A DNA stretch of 64,000 nucleotides from Selaginella moellendorffii (GCF_000143415.4 NW_003314331.1:622164-686163), one strand, 5' to 3'. Positions 22,117-35,699 are shown, counted from the first letter of the stretch. Notes: generated by a model from the sequence alone, not told the origin. Translations and numbers: made by a program.

Positions 22117-24466
22117 CTACTGCTGCTCCAGAGGAAGAGGAAGATACTTGGATAAGATCTCTCTCAACTTCTGGAACATCACGGGCTTTGGGATGAAAGC
22201 ATCCATCCCGTGCGCGAAGCACCGCTCGATATCGGACCTCAGCGCGTTGGCGGTCACGGCGATGATCGGTATCCTCGGCGACGTCCCCGTGCTATCTTCC
22301 TCCCTCCCTCCATTCCGGAATCCCTCCAGAGCGGTCGAGAGCTCCTTGCTATCGTTCCCGTCCCAGATCCCTTCCGGCCAAGAACCAGTCTGCTCGAACT
22401 TCCGGATCGCGTAGGCCACTTGCAAGCCGTCCATGAGCGGCATGCATATGTCGAGCAGCACCAGATCGTATTTGTCCTTCCGCATCGCCTCGAGAGCCTC
22501 GACTCCGTTTGCCACCACCTGTGCCGTGAATCCCAGCCTCTTGAGCATGGAGATCGCCACCATGACGTTCACTTTGTTGTCCTCGGCCAGGAGGATCTTC
22601 GGCTCTTTCCTGCGGTGGTTGCACGGCGGCCTGTTGTCCACAGGCTTTGCGGTCGGCTCTGGGCTGCAATCTCGATCGTGCGACTTGCACAGGACGCTGA
22701 ATGTGAACACTGACCCCTTGCCGACTTCGCTGTGCACTGTCAGTCGACCACCCATGAGTTCCACCAACTGTAAAGTTAAGATTGTTAAATCTTTGTCCTG
22801 CCTAGTTGTACGTACCTGTTTGCAGAGAGCCAAGCCCAGGCCAGTCCCACCATGATTGATAGTGCTCGAGAACTTTAATCCGCGGAAGTGATCAAACAGC
22901 GTTGCAAATGCCTGGAAATAAGCCACCGTTAATGGTGAAAGTACGTTCGAGCATATAGACGCTTACCTCTTTCGGGATTCCAAGTCCAGTGTCAGCTATC
23001 TGACAATAAAGTACAAAGTCGCCTTCGCGACACCCACTTTTCACAGGCTGATCCTTTTGACGCTTCTCACGTCCAGTAACAAGCTCTTCACTAGGAAACC
23101 GTGGATCGTCCGGTGTTCCCAGCATGGGTATTGAATCTAATCTAATCTGAACACTGCCCTCTTGAGTAAACTTAATCGCGTTCAGCACGAGATATTTCAT
23201 TACTTGACGAACTCGCAGCCCATCACCTATCACCTGACAAGTTTCATTAGCAAGCCCCAGGAAATAAAACAGAAATGTTTTGCTTACCACCTCTGGTACG
23301 CTCTTTCCAACATAGCTCAAGACCTCCAATCCTTTTTCATGTGTAGCTGCAACAGCCATTTTCGCTATCTCATGGACAATATCGGCCGGGCTGAAAGGCT
23401 GCGTCTCCAACTTCATGGCACCTTGAACCCCAGTTGGTATACGCAGCATAAAATGTGATGTAAAGCTCACCTGATTCCATGCTGGCTAGATCTAAAATGT
23501 CGCCCAGTATGTCTGCGATGATTGTACCGGACGACACAATTGCTTGCAAGAGTTCTCTTTGGTCCCTGTCCAATCCCGAGGACTCCAAAGCCTGAGCAAG
23601 TCCAAGCAGTCCGTTCAACGGAGTTCGAATCTCGTGGGACATGATGGAAAGAAACATGTTTTTTGCTCGAATTGCTTCCTCTGCAACAGAAACAGAAGAG
23701 CGGCATGAGAAAGATTTTCCGGAAAGAGGACGCTATAAGTACCTGTCAGCCTTACTGCTTCTCTCAGCTCGTATTCTGTGGTCCTGCTTCGGACCAGCGC
23801 TTGTGAATCACCAGCCTGAAATAAACATGTCAAGCATGAATTAATGTCCACTGAGACAAATACCAGTGGAATGTTTAAGCATGTTGTGATCACGCCAACT
23901 GGGACTTCCTGCTTTCCTCCTTCGTGACCAAAGCTTGGATTAGCTATGACAAGCCAAGTCATGTGTCCCCGATCGGGTATGAATACTTGCACGTAATCCA
24001 TCTGTAGGCTGCCACTTTCCAACGCTTGTTTCCGAAGAAAAGTGACTTCTTCTAGCCCTTTAGTCTGGACGGGAAAGATCTCGTCATCATGTTTTCCATG
24101 CACGATCTGCAGGTACAACACTAGGCATGAGAGGTAAAAGAAAAAAAAAAAAAAATCTCGAAAACACGCGCTTACCTTCCCGGCGAAAGATTCTAAAAAG
24201 TGGGTCGCCCAGACATATCGAAGATCACTGTCGCAATAGCTGATGGAAATGCACGAATCCTTGAGAGCCGAGAGAAGCCCGGCAATCTCTACGCTCGACT
24301 CCACCTCCGGAGAAGCAATTCTCGAGGATCCTGTGAGCTTGAGCTGTTCCACCTCGCGAATCAGTGCCTCGTTTTGCGACCTCAGCTTGGCATTCTCCGC
24401 TCTTACATTTTCTAGCTCCGCGGCACAATTCTCCGTGGAGCTCCGATCGATGGCGGAAGAATCCAT
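22117..24466 (-). CDS. Hybrid histidine kinase (coiled coil-PAS-like-HisKA-HATPase-receiver), AHK5/CKI2-like, multi-exon
   Basis: PAS-like ISYCDSDLRYVW...GKHDDEIF; H-box FLSIMSHEIRTPLNG; LNAIKFT; DTGLGIP; GGTGLGLALCKQLVELMGG; receiver LLAEDN...LLDICMPLMDGL...AVTANA...PKP. No transmembrane segment seen. Start codon uncertain. Confidence 0.9.
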
Positions 24467-25600
24467 CGGGATCGCTTTTAACTGATCGAGAAGTGTTGGA
24501 CCTGCTTTAAAGCCACCATTGAACTGCCCGTCTCTGTCTCGCAACAAATCCGCTATCGCGAGATCAGCCTCGGGTCCACCAAGGATTTGTCAAAGTGAAG
24601 GCCCCCACGAGCCTGCATTGCCGCCTGGGCATCCCAATCCAGAGATCAGTGCGCCGCCGCCGCGCGAGCAAGAAATTCCAAAAGCCGGCAGCGGGAAGGA
24701 AGATCGCTGAGAATCTGGCAGCCAATGGCCTGTGTGGAGACGGGATCACGGCGATCTAGCGATATTTCCAGGAATATTATCGGATCACCAGGATCGGCGA
24801 CGAAGATCACCTTGCAACGAATGTAACCTCGATCCGATCCATACCTGGCACCGATTCCACAAGCACCGCCGTCGCTAATTCTTCCCGGAGAAAGAAAGAA
24901 GGGGGGGGAGAAATGGAATGGAGAAATGGAATCCCTAGCACCAAGAACACACGCCCGATTTTAAAGGAGGAGAATAAATTTTTTAACGCGACGAGACGAC
25001 CCCCCCAACCAGTTTAAATCGGGACAGATAGGACCTCGGTTCCTCCGTCCGTGTGATTGCGCACACAAGATCGCCCAAAATGTATCAAATCCGATTTCCA
25101 AAGCACAGGTCTGCCGATAATATCTCGCGCCCATCGCGGCCGTCGGTCCGCGCCGCGCGGACGGCCCGGATCGCGACCCACCAGTTTTTACCCTGCCAGG
25201 TGGGCCAGTCCGATGCCGTCGGGCCCGCGGACGGTCCAGATGGGAGGGAACATTCCACGGCATAAGGCCCCTCTCTTTTTTTGCCCTTGTACGGCCTCTC
25301 CTTTGCAAGATTTGGAGATTTTCCTTGCGGTCTCCCTTGCCTGTCAATTGGTGTTTGCCCTTAGAAGCAACAAGCGTTCGTTTTCACCCCCATATCTATA
25401 TGCGATTGGGAGATCCCGAATAAAATCCCCCCATGGTAGAAACAATTTTTTCTTTTCTCACCTTTTTCGCCTTTTTTTAAATTTCGTGTAATCTTTATCG
25501 TATAAAAATACAAATAGAAAAATTATCAGATTATATTCTTTGGGCGATCTGGGAAATCCCCGCCCAAATCACGTAGCTCTCGTCATGAGATTGATAAGAC

Positions 25601-25692
25601 CGTGGATCTTTCTTAAGACACTTTCAATTAACAACAAAACGTAGTGGCGTGGATCTTTCTTAAGACACTTCCAATTAACAACAACGTAGTGG
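25601..25692. repeat. Two-copy tandem repeat of about 46 bp
   Basis: CGTGGATCTTTCTTAAGACACTT(T/C)CAATTAACAAC...CGTAGTGG occurs twice. Confidence 0.85.
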
Positions 25693-26210
25693 CGACTAAC
25701 ACTTAAGTTGGAATTTGTTGTGATCCCTGTGACAATATCAACATTTGTTGTGATCCTCGTTACAACTCTTGCCTGGAACAATGTACTCATGGATATAGTG
25801 GGCTCCCCAAAATCTACGCCTTATAAAATGCCCCGACGTCGCCGGATCGATTCCCGGCAACTGCGATATTTTCCAGTCAGAGATTTTTACAGCTTTCTAG
25901 CTTTTTTTTCTTTGCTTTTGCGATGGCGAAACACATGTACAAGTAAAAAAATCTGTGAGAACCAACAAGCGAATCTCTGTGGTACCTGGAGTGGCATTTA
26001 ACCGCGAAAGCGAAGTATGGCTGTGTTGTGTGTGGTCTTGCGTGTGGCTTCCTTTCTTTTTTTACAAGTGAGCGGCGATATCAAATACTTACAAGCTGCA
26101 GGAACACAGAAAAAAAAAAAGGATTGTAAGAGGCAAAAACTGACAACCTGCGTCATCACCCACCGGCATGGAGATTTGATCCATTTTTGCTGAAAGTTGC
26201 GGGCAAAGCA

Positions 26211-27226
26211 TCAGCCAAGCATTGTGGGAGGCCCAGTTTGCAGCATCCGTTTGAACATATCCATTCCAAACGAGGAGTCCGACGAGCTGGGGAAAAACGA
26301 AGAAGTGAAAAGAAACATGTTAGAGCAAACCAAGATAACGAATGAGCAAACCTTGGTATTGATATCTCATACGGGAACGAGACTACATCCTGGCTAGTGA
26401 CGGGTGGTACGTGATCCTTCTTCTCGTTTACTTGCTGTAAGATCTGGAGCATCACTTCTTTCAATCCGGACTCGAGTAGCGCATGACGCTTCGATCTTTC
26501 ATCGGTCATCAAATCTGTGAGTGCGAGGAAAAGCTCAAGAGAAACACGCAAAGTCGCATAGACTGATAGAAAAAAACAAAGAAACGCACCAAGAGCGTCG
26601 CCAAGCTTGTCGTGGTGAGGCTTGCTCCTTAAGTGTGACTGCTGGACGGTGGTGTTGAGCGTGACATACCATTGCTCCCAATACAAGCGTTCCATTTTGT
26701 GTCCAAACCACGCATTCTGCTTGCTTCTAGTTTCGTAGAAGGAAAGGCAAACCTGTGCATCAAAACGTCATCCAAGAGTGACAACGAAGGTCGATCAAAG
26801 AAGCAAAGTTTGATACACACTGTGATTTTCTTGTTTGGATGTTTTTCCACCCAAGCAATGAGCTGGTCGATTTTTTCCTCCATCTTCTTCTCAAATGTTA
26901 AGTCGCCACATTGCACCTAAAGGGCGAGAGACCATGAAAGAACTAAGCGAAGAAAAATTTCGAGACTTACATAAGTTAGATCGAAGAGCTCGGAATCGAC
27001 GTCGCGCGGCCGGACGAGGCCCAATGCCCTGTTAAACATGACCGTGTGGAGTATGCCTGGGAAATCCACGAGTTTTAGAGCGCAATCGGCGGCAAAGAAG
27101 AACTTACATCTCAAAACCTCGCGGATTTGATACGGCTCCACGTCCTGGAAGAACATTTGAGCGAACGAAGCCGTGAAATCGAGAGCGACATACCAGTTCT
27201 CTCAGGTGGAACATCTCGCAGTTCAT
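26211..27226 (-). CDS. ATG101: Autophagy-related protein 101 (multi-exon)
   Basis: MNCEMFHLREL|DVEPYQIREVLRC|ILHTVMFNRALGLVRPRDVDSELFDLTY|...ERLYWEQWYVTL...KKDHVPPV...FPYEISIP|...GMDMFKRMLQTGPPTMLG*. Confidence 0.95.
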
Positions 27227-27638
27227 CCCTCTGGGCAGGAACCCTAAAATCAAGACGACGAAAGTATATGCGGGGGATATCTACGAAAACCCCTTTCCCC
27301 TTTCGTACATTGGCGGGTTTATGACCATGTGTAATGGACCGCCCGCCATAGCTGGACTTTAGATTAGGGTTTTGACGTAGCAGCGATGGAGGGCGACGAT
27401 AGGGCGGAGCGCTTGCGGGCGGCAGCAGCATTCCTGCTCGCTTGCGGGGATTGGACGCTAGCTGAGGAAGCAGGAGCTTGGATTTGCCAGGAATTCGGCA
27501 TTTCGGGAGCGAAGGTTTTGCGGGAGGGCAAGGCCGGGCGACGAACAGAGCTGTGAATCGAGGTATCTAGCCGCATTTGTGTGAATTCTGGGAGGAAAGA
27601 GAGGGTTTCTGGTGCCGCGGCGAGGGGAAATCTCGAGA
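27227..27638. promoter_or_regulatory. Probable bidirectional promoter between ATG101 and KEG; telo-box TTAGGGTTT at 27364-27372
   Basis: Start codons are divergent and only about 410 bp apart; GC-rich; telo-box motif visible. Confidence 0.6.
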
Positions 27639-30600
27639 ATGAAGCTCCCGGTGTGCTCGGTGTGCCAATTCACGTACAATGAGGAGGAGAGGGTGCCGCT
27701 GATGCTCCAATGCGGCCACTGTTTCTGCAAGGAATGCCTGGCACAGATGTTTGCGCGGTGCACGGATCACACCCTACTGTGCCCGCGCTGCCGCCAGCCG
27801 ACCAAGGTGGGTAACAGCGTCGAGACCTTACACAAGAACTTTGGCATGCTATCTCTCATCCGGCGAGCTCCATCCGAGTGCCGGGCGGACGAGGACTCGG
27901 ACGAAGAGGAGGATGAACAGGACGACGTGGACGAGTGGCTCGGTGGTGGCGGTGGGATTTATGGAAGCTCTCGCCTCGCAGCTAGCCCGAGATGGTCGTC
28001 AGCGAGCTGTAGTGGGATCCCAGTGGACTTGGGATCTCACATCATGCGGCTGGTTAAGCCGCTTGGAACTGGTCCTCGAGCTGGTCAGGATGTTTGGTCT
28101 GGAACACTCTCGGGCCCCGGAGGATGCCGTCACAAAGTTGCCGTGAAGAGGATCGATGCGGCCGCCGGCATGGAGCTGGAATGGGTCCAGGCGAAGATCG
28201 AGAACTTGCGTCGCGCGGCGATGTGGTGCCATAATGTGTGTGCCGTGTATGGTGCGTGCAAGAAGGATGGCAAGCTTTGCATCGTCATGGACAGGTACCA
28301 GAACTCGGTGCAAAGTATGATGCAGCAGAACGAAGGTCGGCTCACGCTGGAACAAATTCTAAGGTATGATTGTTGCTTGTAGTCTTTGCTCACGCGTTAA
28401 AGGTCTCCTTTTTCTTTTTGTACTTCACAGGTATGGTGCTGATATTTCCCGTGGTGTTGCCGAGCTCCAAGCTGCGGGAATTGTGTGTCTCAACTTGAAG
28501 CCGTCGAACTTTCTGTTGGACGCGAAGGGGAGAGCTGTTGTGTCCGACTATGGAATCCCCGACGTTTTGAAGCGGCCGAACTGCAAGAAAGGTCGTGGCA
28601 GTGGAAATGACGAGGAAACGCCGAGTGGTCATTTCTGCATGGAGTGTGCCATGCTGAATCCTTGCTACTTGGCTCCGGAAGCTTGGGAGCCGCTACGAAA
28701 GACAACAATCAACCTGTTTTGGGACGATGGGAATGGGGTATCGGCGGAGTCGGATGCCTGGAGCTTTGGGTGCTCTCTAGTGGAGATGTGTACAGGAGCC
28801 AAACCGTGAGTTCTGCTTTGTCGCTTTTTCGATTCGTAGTTGAAACCCTCTCTTATGTTTTTCAATCCAGATGGGCTGGTTCAAGTCAGGATGACATTTA
28901 TAAAGCTGTTGTAAAGAGCAAACGCTTGCCTCCTCAGTACAACGTTGTTGGTAGTGGGATACCACGGGAACTTTGGAAGATGATTGGAGACTGCTTGCAG
29001 TTCAAAGGTTCAAAGCGGCCGAATTTCCACGCCATGCTTGCTATGTTTCTTCGCCACCTTCGAGAAATGCCATCAAGTCCTCCTGCAAGTCCAGACAAGT
29101 AAGCTTGTATACGTTTTGTTGGAAGGCTAAAAAAAATTGAGGGGGTCTTTCAGTGATCCGGCCAAAAGTTCCGGAGGAACGGAGCCTTCACCTTCGTCGA
29201 CTCTAGACTTTTCCGAGGTTAATCACACTTACCTTCATCAACTTGTGTCAGAAGGGAATGAAGATCGAGTGAGGTAGACACATTGGTCAAGTAATTTGAA
29301 TATCAACTTTTCTGCATTATGTTTCAGGGAGCTCCTTGCGAAGGCCGCTACAGGGCGTTCAATCCGAGCTCTCCTGGAGAGCCATAACAGCGATGGACAA
29401 ACCGTGCTGCATATTGCGGCCCTGAGGGGGTATTCTTCTATCATTGAGCTCATATGTAGCTACGAAGAGGCAGATGTTGAGATTCTCGACAAGGATGGGG
29501 ATACCCCTCTAGTTTGTGCCGTTGCCTCTGGAACACCGGAGATCCTAAAGGCGCTTATTCGGAAAGGCGCAAACGTAAATGCACGTTTAAAAGACGGGCT
29601 CGGTCCATCAGTGGCACACGTCTGTGCTTTCTATGGCCAACCTGACTGCATGCGGGTATTCGATTTTTCTCAAATATTCTGGCACGGAACTAACGTCTAT
29701 CAAATAGGAGCTTTTACTGGCTGGAGCGGATCCACTTGCAATTGGAGATGATGGTGACTCGGTTCTCTATCAAGCCGTGGCGAGGCGAAATACGGATTGC
29801 GCCGTTGTCATTTTGGAAAATGGTGGCTGCAGTTCAATGGCATATCGCAACGCGGAGAACTTTACGTATGTCATTTCTTAACAGCTTTTCTATCAGTTCT
29901 CTTTAACCGGCTGTGTTACTGCAGACCTTTGCATATGTGTGTTCTCACAGCAAACGTTGCTGTTGTAAGAAAATGGGTTGAAATTGCGTCGATTGAAGAC
30001 ATTGAGAATGCCATTGAGATTCCGAGCCCTTTAGGAACAGCCTTGTGCTTGGCATCATCTCTTAAAAAGGCTCACGAGGAAGGTATGCTATCAAAGGTGC
30101 ATTTATAGTCACACGGAACTCTGTTTCATATTGGTGCAGAAGCGAGAGAGCTAGTGAGATTGTTTTTATATGCTGGAGCAAACGGCGATGCAATGGATCC
30201 AGAGCAAGGCCAGACGGCCTTGCATGTTGCAGTTGCTGCTAACGACGTTGAAATGGTTAAGGTATTCAATATTGTGTAAGAGAGGAAGTTTGCTAATGTG
30301 ATTTTTTCTAGACCATCCTTGATGCTGGCGTAAGTATTGACGTTCGTAATGCACAAGGCTCTACTCCGCTTCAAATAGCACTAACAAAAGGATCAAAACA
30401 ATGCGTACATCTGCTTCTTGATCGCGATGCCAGCTGCACTATACAGGTTGGTCTTTCTGGTTTCAGATTTGAATCTCACTATCGGCGTTGCAGGATGAAA
30501 ATGGGAATACTGCACTTCATATAGCTGCAGAAATGGCGAAAATGGTTCGGGAAAACCTTGATTGGATTGTAATTATGTTAAATAAAAGTGATGCGGCCAC

Positions 30601-33361
30601 GGACATAAAAAATCACAGGTTAGTATTCTTTTCAGAGCTTTTAGTTTTTCTGTTTTTTTTTTACAACTTTTTTTGTTTTTCTTTTTTACAATACAGTGGA
30701 AAGACTTTACGGGATTTACTCGAAGCTTTGCCCCGTGAATGGATTTCGGAGGACTTGATGGATGCTCTAGACGAAAAGCAAATTCAGTTGTCACCAACAG
30801 TGTAAGTGCTGTATTTTGATGTCAATAATTTTCGTTACTAATATTCTTTTTGGCTGTAGCTTCGATGTGGGGGACTGGGTAAAATTTAGAAGGACGATAA
30901 GCACGCCTCGCTATGGATGGGGTAGTACAAGGCCGTCGAGTGTTGGCTTTGTCCAGAACATAATTGATGGAACTACACTCCTTGTTTCTTTCTGTTCCGG
31001 GGAAGCTAAAGTGGCAGTAGACGAGGTTGTGAAACTCATTCCACTGGATCGTGGTCATTCAGTAAGACTCAAATCAACCGTGAAACAACCAAGGCAAGCT
31101 TTTCTCCTCTTCGTTTTTTCTTTCTTTTAACATTTCCTTTATGGCTTAGATTTGGTTGGCGCGGTCAGTCTCGAGAAAGCATTGGAACAGTATTATGTGT
31201 TGATGACGATGGAATTCTTCGAATTGGCTTTCCTGGTGCATCACGAGGATGGAAAGCTGATCCTGCCGAGATGGAAAGGGTCGAAGAGTTTAAAGTCGGC
31301 GATTGGGTTCGCATTCGACTAACTCTTACGTCTGCAAAGTATGGTTTGGGGTCCGTAACTCCCGGTAGTATCGGAGTCGTACACAGTATACGTCCTGATA
31401 ACAGCTTGTTAATCGACTTCACTTACCTCACAAGTCCCTGGCATTGTGAGCCCGAGGAAGTGGAGCGAGTCGAACCTTTCAAGGTACAAAACATTTCATA
31501 TTTGTTTAAAGGCTCTCAACAGGTTTCTTTCAGGTTGGAGATCGCATCTGCGTGAAACGATCTGTGGCGGAGCCTAAGTTTGCATGGAATGGAGAATCGC
31601 ACCACAGCATTGGAATGATCAGTGAAATCGCGAGCAATGGTCTCCTTCTTGTGGATCTTCCTTCACGGTCCACGAACTGGGAAGCTGATCCTTCTGATGT
31701 GGAGATAATTGAGGACTTCAAGGTATGTCTTTTATTAAAAATCGAAAACCTTACTTAGTTTCTACTTCTCAGGTTGGTGACTGGGTTCGTATCAGAGCTT
31801 GCGTGTGTTCACCGAAGTTTGGCTGGGAGGATATAAACCGGGCAAGTGTTGGTGTTGTGTTCTACCTTGACGAGTGCGACATGGGTGTAGGCTTCGCTCA
31901 CCGCAGTAAGGCTTACACTTGTGCCATCACCGACGTTGAGAAAGTCACACCATTTGAGGTGGGACAGGAGGTCCGCATAGCTCCAGGGATAAGCGAGCCC
32001 CGCTTAGACTGGTCTGGTGAAACATCTGCATCCAAAGGCAGAATATCACGAATCGACATGGACGGAACGCTAAATGTAAGAGTTTTCATTTGATTTATGT
32101 TGTATTAATTCTCGTGGGATTTCTGTACCAGGTGAAGGTGGCAAACAGAACTACGATGTGGCTTGTGGCTCCCGGAGATGCTGAAAGATTGTCAGGATAC
32201 GAGGTAGGGGATTGGGTCCGGCTAAATCTTCCAACAGGATTGAAGCCCAGCTACGATTGGCACGGGTCTACAAGCGAAAGTGTTGCGGTGGTTCACAGTG
32301 TCTCCGATTCCGGGTACTTGGAACTATCAGGGTGCTTCAAGTCTGGCCGCTGGATGGCACACTATACGGAGGTGGAAAAGGTTCAGGTTCTTCGTGTTGG
32401 ACAGCACGTAAGATTTCGACCAGGAATATCTGAACCACGGTGGGGGTGGCGAGGGTGCACAGCGAGCTCTAGAGGTGTCATAATCGGGGTCCATGCCGAC
32501 GGAGAACTGCGGATAGCATTTCCCGGACTGAAGACTCCCTGGCGTGGAGATCCTGCCGACCTTGAAAAGGAGGAGATTTTCGAAGTAGGCGACTGGGTGA
32601 AAGTGAAAGACGATCTCCAAGAGACCAAGTATGGTTGGAAAGGTGCTCGGCCAGGCAGCGTGGGAATAGTGCAGGGAATCGGCTATGAAAACGGAGGTGA
32701 CTACGACGAGCGTGCACTGCTCGTGGGATTCTGCGGTGAACAGGAAAGGTGGATCGGCCTACCGTCGGAAGTGGAAAGAGCCATGCCTCTGAAAGCCAGC
32801 CAGAGGATACGCGTGAAAGCCAGCGTCGCGCAGCCGCGGTTTGGATGGCCGGGACACGACCACTCCACGATCACGACGATCACCACGGTGGACGCGGATG
32901 GAAAGCTGAGAGTTTACTCGCCGGCGTCGCAGCGGTCGTGGGTGCTGGATCCAACCGAGGTGGAACTTTACGAAGAGCAGCCGATATGCATCGGCGACTG
33001 GGTGAGAGTGAAACCGAGCGTTCCATCGCCAACTCACCAGTGGGGGGAGGTGACGCACAAGAGCATCGGCGTGGTTCACAAGATCACTGACGACGGGGAC
33101 TTGCGAGTAGCGTTTTGCTTCCTGGAGAGGCTGTGGGTTTGCAAGCCGGGGGAGATGGAGCGCGTGGAAGCGTTTCGGATAGGTGACCGGGTACAGATAA
33201 AGCACTCGGGGAACGAAACGCTGGCGAGCAGAGGTGTGGTCTATGGAGTGGACGCTGATGGAAGGCTGCGAATTCAGTTTGCTCGTCGAGAGGGGAGGCC
33301 CTGGATTGGAGATCCCGCGGATGTTGAGCTCGAGCAAGGTGGTGCTACTACTACGACTTAG
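27639..33361 (+). CDS. KEG: E3 ubiquitin ligase KEEP ON GOING (RING-kinase-ankyrin-12 HERC2-like repeats), multi-exon
   Basis: RING MKLPVCSVC...PLMLQCGHCFCKECL...CPRCR; kinase CLNLKPSNFLLD...VVSDYG...LAPEAW; ankyrin repeats (GQTVLHIAA, GDTPLVCAV); twelve VGDWV-type repeats. One GC-AG intron (donor 31094). Confidence 0.97.
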
Positions 33362-33610
33362 AGAAGTTCTGGGTGTTCTTCCGAGGATTTGCTGGCTAGG
33401 CGGTGGATCGATTGACGGTCAGTCCTCTGGTGGCGCTGCGATTCTTAACACCTGGGATGGTATAGAGCTGCTGCTATGACTTTGAGAAGTTCTTGAGTGT
33501 TCCTTCTTCTGCGGATTTGCTGGCTAGGCGGTGGATCGAGGGTCCTCTACTCCTCTGGTGGTGCTGCGATTCTTAACACCTGGGATTCGAGCATGAGGTA
33601 TAGAGTTCTT
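33360..33610. repeat. About 125-bp two-copy tandem duplication just after the KEG stop
   Basis: GAGAAGTTCT...GGATTTGCTGGCTAGGCGGTGGATCG...GCTGCGATTCTTAACACCTGGGAT...GTATAGAG repeated. Confidence 0.8.
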
Positions 33611-34676
33611 CTCTCTTTCTCGTTTTCTTTTTTCTTTTCTCTTTGCTTTCTTTTTTTTTCCTTTTCTTCTCTTTTTATCGTTCAAGGAGAAGAACCAGGT
33701 TGGAATCGCATTGCCACCAGGTTCATCGCTTATTCGATAAATCTCATTGATGTAAAAATTGGAGAGTTTAATAGAAATTTGAGGGTTATATGAGTATATT
33801 CCAGTGCCGTTGGTTCAATTAGTTTTAAACTGTGTAATTAGGCTCATTAACTCAAGCACGCGATGCGCCGCAAAGCATTGGACACTTGGAACATCCAAGT
33901 GGATTTTGCCGAAACAGAACAAAACTACATGGCCAAGATCTCAGGTTTGGAAAAAATAAAACACTTAAGCGTACCAAAGTTTATCTCAGTGGGCATCCAC
34001 ATATATAAAGTGCTAGGAGAGCAAAGATTCTTCCCCAAAAGAACATGTAGACGTTGCCATCTGCTCGAATTTTAATGAAGCCAAGATGCCGGAGAAATCA
34101 GTCATACCACGCCCTGGGAGATTGCCCCAAACCATAGTGTGCTTTCTTGAGTCAAACAAATGTCTCTTTGCCTCAGTAGAAAAAACCTTCTACAAAGACC
34201 TCCTCCTGGATCTCTCCATACTTCACATCGAGCTGGTGAGCTTTGAGATTCCAGCGAGCTGCAATCCAGAGAAGTCAAATGGACCACAAGTGAAAATGTT
34301 TCTGAAAAAATCAACTCCCGCCACCTGGGAAACTTCCATGACCAAAAAGGTAAGATGCGCGCAACAAGAAATCCCTCGTTTGGCTCACGCGACTAGAGAC
34401 CCAAGCTCTAGCCGCCACCGCCACCGGTGGCCAAGGACAACAAGTGGCATCCTCCAGGTATCGCTCGATTCTCCCGCCTGCCAGGTAATCAATCATGGCG
34501 GTCGCTCATGGAAACCTAATTATTTGTGCCACCCAGGCTGTGATCGCGCATCGGAGCTACATAAAGCTCTCCTCAAGGTCCTCTTTGCTTCGGCCCTCCA
34601 GGTAAGGGATCCTCGATAAACAGGATGATTTAAAGCTCGTATCTTTTCAACACCAAGAACGGGGTATAGCTACCGG

Positions 34677-35626
34677 ATGAAGGCTTACAGCAGCAGCAGC
34701 AACGGGCAGCACAAGAAGACTTACGGCGGCAGCAGCAACGGTCACTGCAGCAAGGCTTACGACGGCAGCAGTAGCAACGGGCAGGACAAGAAGGCCTACG
34801 GCGGCAGCAGAAACGGGCAGCACAATGTGTTCACAAAGGAAGAGCCCAAGGACGTGGACATTTTTGCAATCGAGAACCCTGCCGAACGCATCCGAGCAAG
34901 GTAAGCAAGATTGAGTTTGATCTTTACTTGCTTTTGTTTGTAACAGGTACGAGATCATAGGAACTCATCGTCCGGGTGAGAAGGAGGGATTACTCGTCGA
35001 CCAATGCAGAAGCTGTAAGCAGCGAGGCCATTGGGAAAGACACTGCAAGGGGGTAAGAAAGCTCACTTATTCTGAATTTTCCAGATTTGACATTTTGTTT
35101 CTTTTTCTAGCCTGGAGTGGATCCTTTTGCTCATGAACAAAAGAAATGCTACCTCTGCCTAGCGAAGGGACACGACACTTATCACTGTTGAAGAGATCCC
35201 TTGCGAAATGAGGACTGGGCAGAGAGGACTTACACTGGACCAATGAAGAGACTTCTTCTTGATGTTTGTATCAGTTTCTATTCTCTGTTTCTTTGTATGT
35301 TTACTTGTGTACGTTTTCAGGTGGGTTATATCGTTCAGGTAGCAGACTTCCCGCAATACCATCCTCGTTTCTGCGTCCAACGGATTGAATACGAAAACCT
35401 CAAACGGATCTGCAAAAAACATCCAGACTTGGGAATCTTCATTGTGCCTCGGCCACCCCGTCCTCTTGCGGCCCTTATCTGGGAATATTTTCAGCGACTG
35501 GATGACGAAGCAGGCCTAGGCTTCGAGTTTTACAGATCCGATGAAGAAGTGCCTCCAGGGTATGACCGGTATGCAGCTGCAGAAGAAGCATGGACTGAAG
35601 AACTGAAAAATGAAGCGAAGCATTGA
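34677..35626 (+). pseudogene. Zinc-knuckle copy ZK4 with premature stop
   Basis: Same 4 exons; TCA>TGA at 35189-35191 immediately after the second knuckle; 9-nt in-frame deletion (DDEAG vs DEVLYEAG). No helicase fragment follows. Confidence 0.8.
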
Positions 35627-35699
35627 AAGGTGATGTGTTATAGAATAAGTACTATAGATATTAAGCTACAAAATTATGAGATAATACTTTGAATCATGA

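Noticed and set aside
22117-24466. Bacterial contamination or recent HGT of the hybrid kinase
   Set aside because: Multiple spliceosomal introns and plant AHK5-like motifs.
28470-28560. KEG kinase lacks the canonical HRD motif (CLNLKPSN, DYG)
   Set aside because: A known property of KEG orthologues, so not novel.
33863-34619. ORFs upstream of ZK4
   Set aside because: Chimeric: a fragment similar to 7380-7450 joined to the ZK upstream region; not a coherent gene.
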